Part shown: positions 59,702-64,000 of the stretch, piece after piece
Layout: every line of letters begins with the position of its first letter
Numbering within the stretch: position 1 is the first letter of the stretch
Origin: Schizosaccharomyces osmophilus
Lineage: Eukaryota
DNA: 64,000 bases
Assembly (NCBI RefSeq): GCF_027921745.1
Contig: NC_079238.1
Location: 372,001-436,000 of the forward strand
Reading direction: 5' to 3'
Notes under the pieces: generated by a model
What the model saw: only the letters and a program-made list of their open reading frames with translations
Database searches by the model: none
Told to the model about the DNA's origin: nothing
Translations under genes and position numbers: made by a program

Positions 59702-60533
59702 TTCGGCAATTTAAATTAATTTTTTTACAAGAATATGTGTTAAATATCCTTCGAAAACTGCCAGCTATGTCGAATTTTCACGACAAAGGCTTTTTTTGCA
59801 GTTTGGTAGTTTCACTGTATACCCAAGGCCTTCCAGTAGGAATTGAGTAATCGCTGAATAACGAAGCCGAAGAACAGTCACGCAGCATAGTGAATTCCAA
59901 TATGCTTCAATGAAGCGTTTAGTGAGTCATTTCATTATGTGTAAAATCAGCAAATTCGTCCTTATAATGATATTCTCTTCGTGTTTGTTATAGTAATGTT
60001 GTGACATACAGCACAGTAAACAAACATTGGGAAAAGTTATGATTCTTAGGAAAGCTGTTGGTTTTCTTTATGAACTTTTTATTTACAAAAAGTTACTATT
60101 CATTAAATTCCTTGACATCTAATGGTAGATTTCACTATGTTTTCTCTTCCCTTAGTACACGTTGAAACGCTATTTTCACAAGTACATTTGCTACCAGCTT
60201 CGAAAGAGCCAGACGGCTCTATTTTCTAAATTAAGAACTCGCAAATATAATTGTTGAGCTTCATTCGCTCATAAAAACACTGAAAGGTGATTTTTTTTAT
60301 TTTTTCTCTGATATGTTTATTACTGTGACAAATGTAAAAACTCGCTAGGTAGGCTACCGAAAGACTTCAACTGCACTATATGGAAATTGCTACTACTCAA
60401 TTTGGACGCTTGGAAAAGTGTACTTTTACAAAAACCCGGTGTTTTGCAAAATCTACAGCATTGGTTCCTTTGGTTTCGTGCTGAATTAAGAATTGAACGT
60501 TAAGTCGCCGCCTTTTTGATTGTAGTAGAAAGA

Positions 60534-61854
60534 ATGGTAAGGAATGGGAAAAGATTGGTTGTTCGCGATACTTGCTAGAAGAAAATTTTTGATTAGGAGA
60601 AAGATTCATGGACCTAGCAACGGAAATAGAGCAACAATTTTCATTGATCGTTCAAAAGAAGTTTATACTAACTCGTGTGTGTTTTAGGGACGCAAAAAAT
60701 TTGTGGATAAAGGCAAGGCTCAGACCTTTCACTTGGTCCATCGTTCTCAAAGAGATCCAGAATATTACAATGAGGAAGCAACAGAACGTGTCTTGGTGCC
60801 TTCAGAGGAGCTGAAGAAAACAGGTCGCCAGTTGAATCGTCAAGACTTGGATGAAGAATATGGTGGCGCGGTGCGTTCAAATGAAGGAGAAGCCGCTGCT
60901 TATGGTGTTTTCTTTGACGATACAGAGTATGATTACATGCAGCACTTGCGTGGTATGGGAAATGAAAATGCAACATGGGTTCCAGCCCCTGCTGCAAAGG
61001 GCAGTGGCCAAAAGAAAAAGGATGAAATTGTCATTAAAGAGGAAGAACCTTCTGTTTTGCCCGAAGAGGTGCTTCCTTCCAAAGAAGAAATCGAAGCTAG
61101 TTATCAAAATCAGCAAAGTGTGCCGGATACCATCGCGGGATTTCAACCAGACATGGACCCACGCTTGCGTGAGGTGCTAGAGTTGTTGGAGCATTCTGAT
61201 ATGGAAAATGAGGAAAACACCGATACAGAGGCAAATTTGGACGTTGAATTTGACAATTTGCTTACGAGTGGAAAGGTAGCTGAAGACGAGTTTTATCAAC
61301 AACCACCAGAAGAGGAAGAGGAGCAAGAGTACGACGAGCAAGCTGCTCTAGCAGCTGGAAAGTCAGAGTGGGAGATTGAATTTGATAAGTTTAAAATCGA
61401 ACATAAGAAGCAACCACAAGCGGCTAGCAGTGACGGTACTTTCTCTGACGAGGACGAAGAAGAAGAAGGACGGGATGAAGTTCCCGAGCTAGTGTCTACC
61501 CAAAAGGCCAAGCCAAGAAGAAAGGCCAAGACGGCACAATCTTCCGGTTCCATGTCAAGTTCTGCTCTCTTTCGCAATGAAGGACTGTCTTTCTTGGATG
61601 ATCGTTTCGACAAAATCGAAGAAGAGTACGTGCCCATGCAGCATGACAGCGAGCTCCTTGATCCAGAACAAAAAGATGTTAACGACTTGATCCATGACAA
61701 CCAATTTAATAATGTTTTAGACGACTTCTTGTCGTCTTATGGTTCCAACATGGGCCGGAAGAAAGCTCCTTCACGCATGTCGAAATCGAAAAAGAAGGCC
61801 TCTATGGATCAACTTGATAGTGTCCGTCGACAATTGAGTCGTGCTCGAATTTAA
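60534..61854 (+). CDS. ltv1: 40S biogenesis factor Ltv1; coding exons 60534-60536 (ATG only) and 60688-61854
   Basis: FHLVHRSQRDP, GEAAAYGVFFDDTEYDYMQHLR, GFQPDMDPRLREVL and SMSSSALFRNEGLSFLDDRFDKIEEEY. Intron GTAAGG...CTAAC...TAG. Confidence 0.92.
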
Positions 61855-62549
61855 AAAAGTGTTGGCGTTCTTTTTTTTAATATTCTTTTATATTTTGGGT
61901 ATTTGTGGTTTTTTGGGATGTTTAATATAGAAAACTTAATTATAAAAGGTACTTTTGATTCGGTTCGAATCGTACGCGTTAGCATACACACTATTATGTC
62001 AATGTAGAAAAGATTTTGCTTCCCAAAAGGCCGAATTTTAATTGTTCGTATTAGTAATAGCTTCCAGGGATCTAATTCATCAAGCAAGTTGTATGAACAA
62101 TTTATTTAGCTAGATCAGCCAGTCAAACAGATCTTAGGGAGGTGCCCTAAATTCAGTAAACAGCCGCATTTCTTACCGCTGCCCTTAAAATATTCACGGC
62201 CATCTCTAGTTTAACTTTTACAACCGTAGTTCATGTTTAACCCGCATATATAATCAATTGGGTTACCGCGTTTAAAGTGTTCATGTCCTTCTCTAAGCAC
62301 AGCATGATATGCCTCACTTATATCTTCTTCTATTTCCTTAGGTAAGTCATCATATTCTTCATCATTAAGTTCTCTGACTCTGTTGGGCTGCTTCTAGTGT
62401 CGTATATTTTACAGAATCGGGCAGTGCATCTCCATCGGTCAATTCAGTCCCTAGTATTTCTCCCGTAGGTTTAGTACTAATATAAAATGAAAAGTATACA
62501 TACTTTTGATATGCTTCTTTAATCATATCAGCAATTGGACTTAAAAAAA

Positions 62550-62621
62550 TAGTCCCACCGGGGATCGAACCCGGGACCTTCTGCGTGTGAAGCAGAAATC
62601 ATACCACTAGAACATGGAACT
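62550..62621 (-). tRNA. tRNA-Val(CAC)
   Basis: Reverse complement AGTTCCA...TCTGC-TTCACAC-GCAGA...GGTTCGATCCC...TGGGACTA followed by a T-run terminator. Confidence 0.95.
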
Positions 62622-62793
62622 GCTCTTGATTACCAAAAAGTTTAAGTCTATCTATAGGTGGATGTGATTCATTTAAAATTATAAGATGATTGCCATCATA
62701 ACTATCTTGAAGAAAGCCAAAAGAAAGCTTTGTATCATAAATAAAATAAAAGGTAAAAAATGTTGCACCAGCAATGCTGAATTGTTTTATGGT

Positions 62794-62865
62794 AGGTCGT
62801 ACTGGGAGTCGAACCCAGATCTCGAGAATCAAAATCTCATGTGCTAGCCGCTACACCATACAACC
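62794..62865 (-). tRNA. tRNA-Gln(TTG)
   Basis: Reverse complement GGTTGTATGGTGTAGCGGCTAGCACA-TGAGA-TTTTGAT-TCTCG-AGATCTGGGTTCGACTCCCAGTACGACCT. Confidence 0.95.
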
Positions 62866-63233
62866 GTAGTTGAGGACTTGTGTAGCAAAATGTTAATAGA
62901 CACTTGTATACTAGTCGCAGAAAAACTTACATTTCGTTGCATAGAGGATCAAAGTCTCCGATTGACAATGACTGGAAATTCATGCATAACATCATTCACC
63001 TACACGACTTTGAACTTTGAGCTGCTCCTACAACCTGCCTAAGCCATTTTCATCTACATCGTGACATGCTACACTGTTTCTACGTTACGTGGCTCCATCA
63101 AGTACAATGTTAAATCATGAAAAAAATTTATTGAGAAGCTAAAAGACATCATTGTGTTCTTCACGGCAATGTTCAGCTTTGATACACAATGTTTTTAATC
63201 TTTTGACATCACGGAGTCAGTAGAGCGATCCGA

Positions 63234-63372
63234 TTATTTACTACACCTCAAGTTAGCCAATGAACTCGATTATCAAATATTATATGTTTAAAATCACTTA
63301 CGATCTAGCCCTCATTTTTCTTCTTCTACGTTTCAGACGTCTCACACGTTTCTTTCTCCACTTATCACGCAT
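63234..63372 (-). CDS. rpl41: Ribosomal protein eL41 (25 aa); exons 63372-63302 and 63240-63234
   Basis: Spliced translation MRDKWRKKRVRRLKRRRRKMRARSK*. Intron GTAAGT...CTAAC...TAG of 61 nt. Too short for the ORF track. Confidence 0.95.
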
Positions 63373-63422
63373 GTTGGTGGTGGTGAAACATTTAGCACAT
63401 TGCTTATTTTAATATACGAAAC

Positions 63423-63430
63423 TGTGACTG
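63423..63430 (-). promoter_or_regulatory. Homol-D box core promoter element of rpl41
   Basis: Perfect CAGTCACA on the minus strand about 50 bp upstream of the rpl41 ATG. This is the established fission-yeast ribosomal-protein promoter element. Confidence 0.85.
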
Positions 63431-64000
63431 TTTTTTGGGGTCCAGTTTCTGTGCTTTACGTTAGCGTTCCGCTACGGTAACGGCTTTAGTGATAGATGGT
63501 TGCGATCGTTAAACATACATTGTTCTTTAGTTTTCTAAATTCAAATTGCAGAGGCGCTTCTCAAGATCGACGATGGATATCATGACAATGTTGCTATGCT
63601 GAAGCGGAAAAGAAGGAAAGAATGAATAAAGAAACAAAAAATAATAATTTATTATACAAAACCTAGCAAGATTGAAAGCAAATCGACAACTTCGTAGCTA
63701 TAACTCCACGAAACGTAAGTAAAGACCAAAAAACCATATTTGTATATGCCAAGGCATCCCAAGTATATCGTTAACGTTTCCAAGACTCACGCTAACAAAG
63801 GAAGAGAATCAATGATTGTTAAACGTGGTTAGACTGGCTAAATTACCAGTGAAATCGAAGTTTTTATTTCTCAAAATATAACCCCCGTTATAGTGTTCAC
63901 CCGTTCTATAGGATATCCTTTTTACGAACCGATAATCCATGCTTGTTTCTATCCACTATACAAAAAAGATATTCTCCTCTTGTTTGCTTTCTAAAGTGGC

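Noticed and set aside
61900..64000. tRNA pair as a centromere boundary
   Set aside because: rpl41 follows directly and continues ordinary arm synteny. No repeats seen.
1..64000. Many short antisense or nested ORFs in the ORF track; CRISPR or prokaryotic systems
   Set aside because: The short ORFs are shadows of real genes, mostly with TTG/GTG starts that do not apply to a eukaryote. The DNA is spliceosomal-intron-containing fungal chromosome with no repeat-spacer array.

Overview
Eukaryotic, AT-rich, intron-containing chromosomal DNA from a fission yeast (Schizosaccharomyces). The proteins are clear orthologues of S. pombe genes but diverged, so this is probably the S. octosporus/cryophilus/osmophilus group (inference). 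The left ~32 kb carries alp6 (partial), utp15, cdt1, uvi15, cut12, gtp1, sec61, swd3, an SPBC354.04-like gene, sre2, mrps16, an OSBP gene, rsn1 and tre1, whose S. pombe orthologues are on chromosome II. The right ~26 kb carries rit1, erf4, spd2, faf1, his6, map3, abc2, ucp6, spo12, lsg1, ltv1 and rpl41, the S. pombe SPAC3F10 block of chromosome I. The two blocks meet at a gene-poor ~6 kb island holding tRNA-Gly, a dispersed 5S rRNA gene and a divergent PTM1/GOST-like multi-pass membrane gene. Three more tRNA genes (Thr, Val, Gln) are present. Several genes missing or truncated in the ORF track were rebuilt by hand from splice signals (uvi15, spd2, rpl41, mrps16, and first exons of cut12, rit1, lsg1, ltv1). 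The most unusual observations are a same-strand, out-of-frame CDS overlap (rit1 starts inside erf4), a 78-nt antisense CDS overlap between his6 and map3, the Pol III-marked synteny-break island, and a broken coding-like fragment beside tRNA-Val. No CRISPR array or intact transposon was seen. Orthologue names and S. pombe gene order are from recall, not from a database search.
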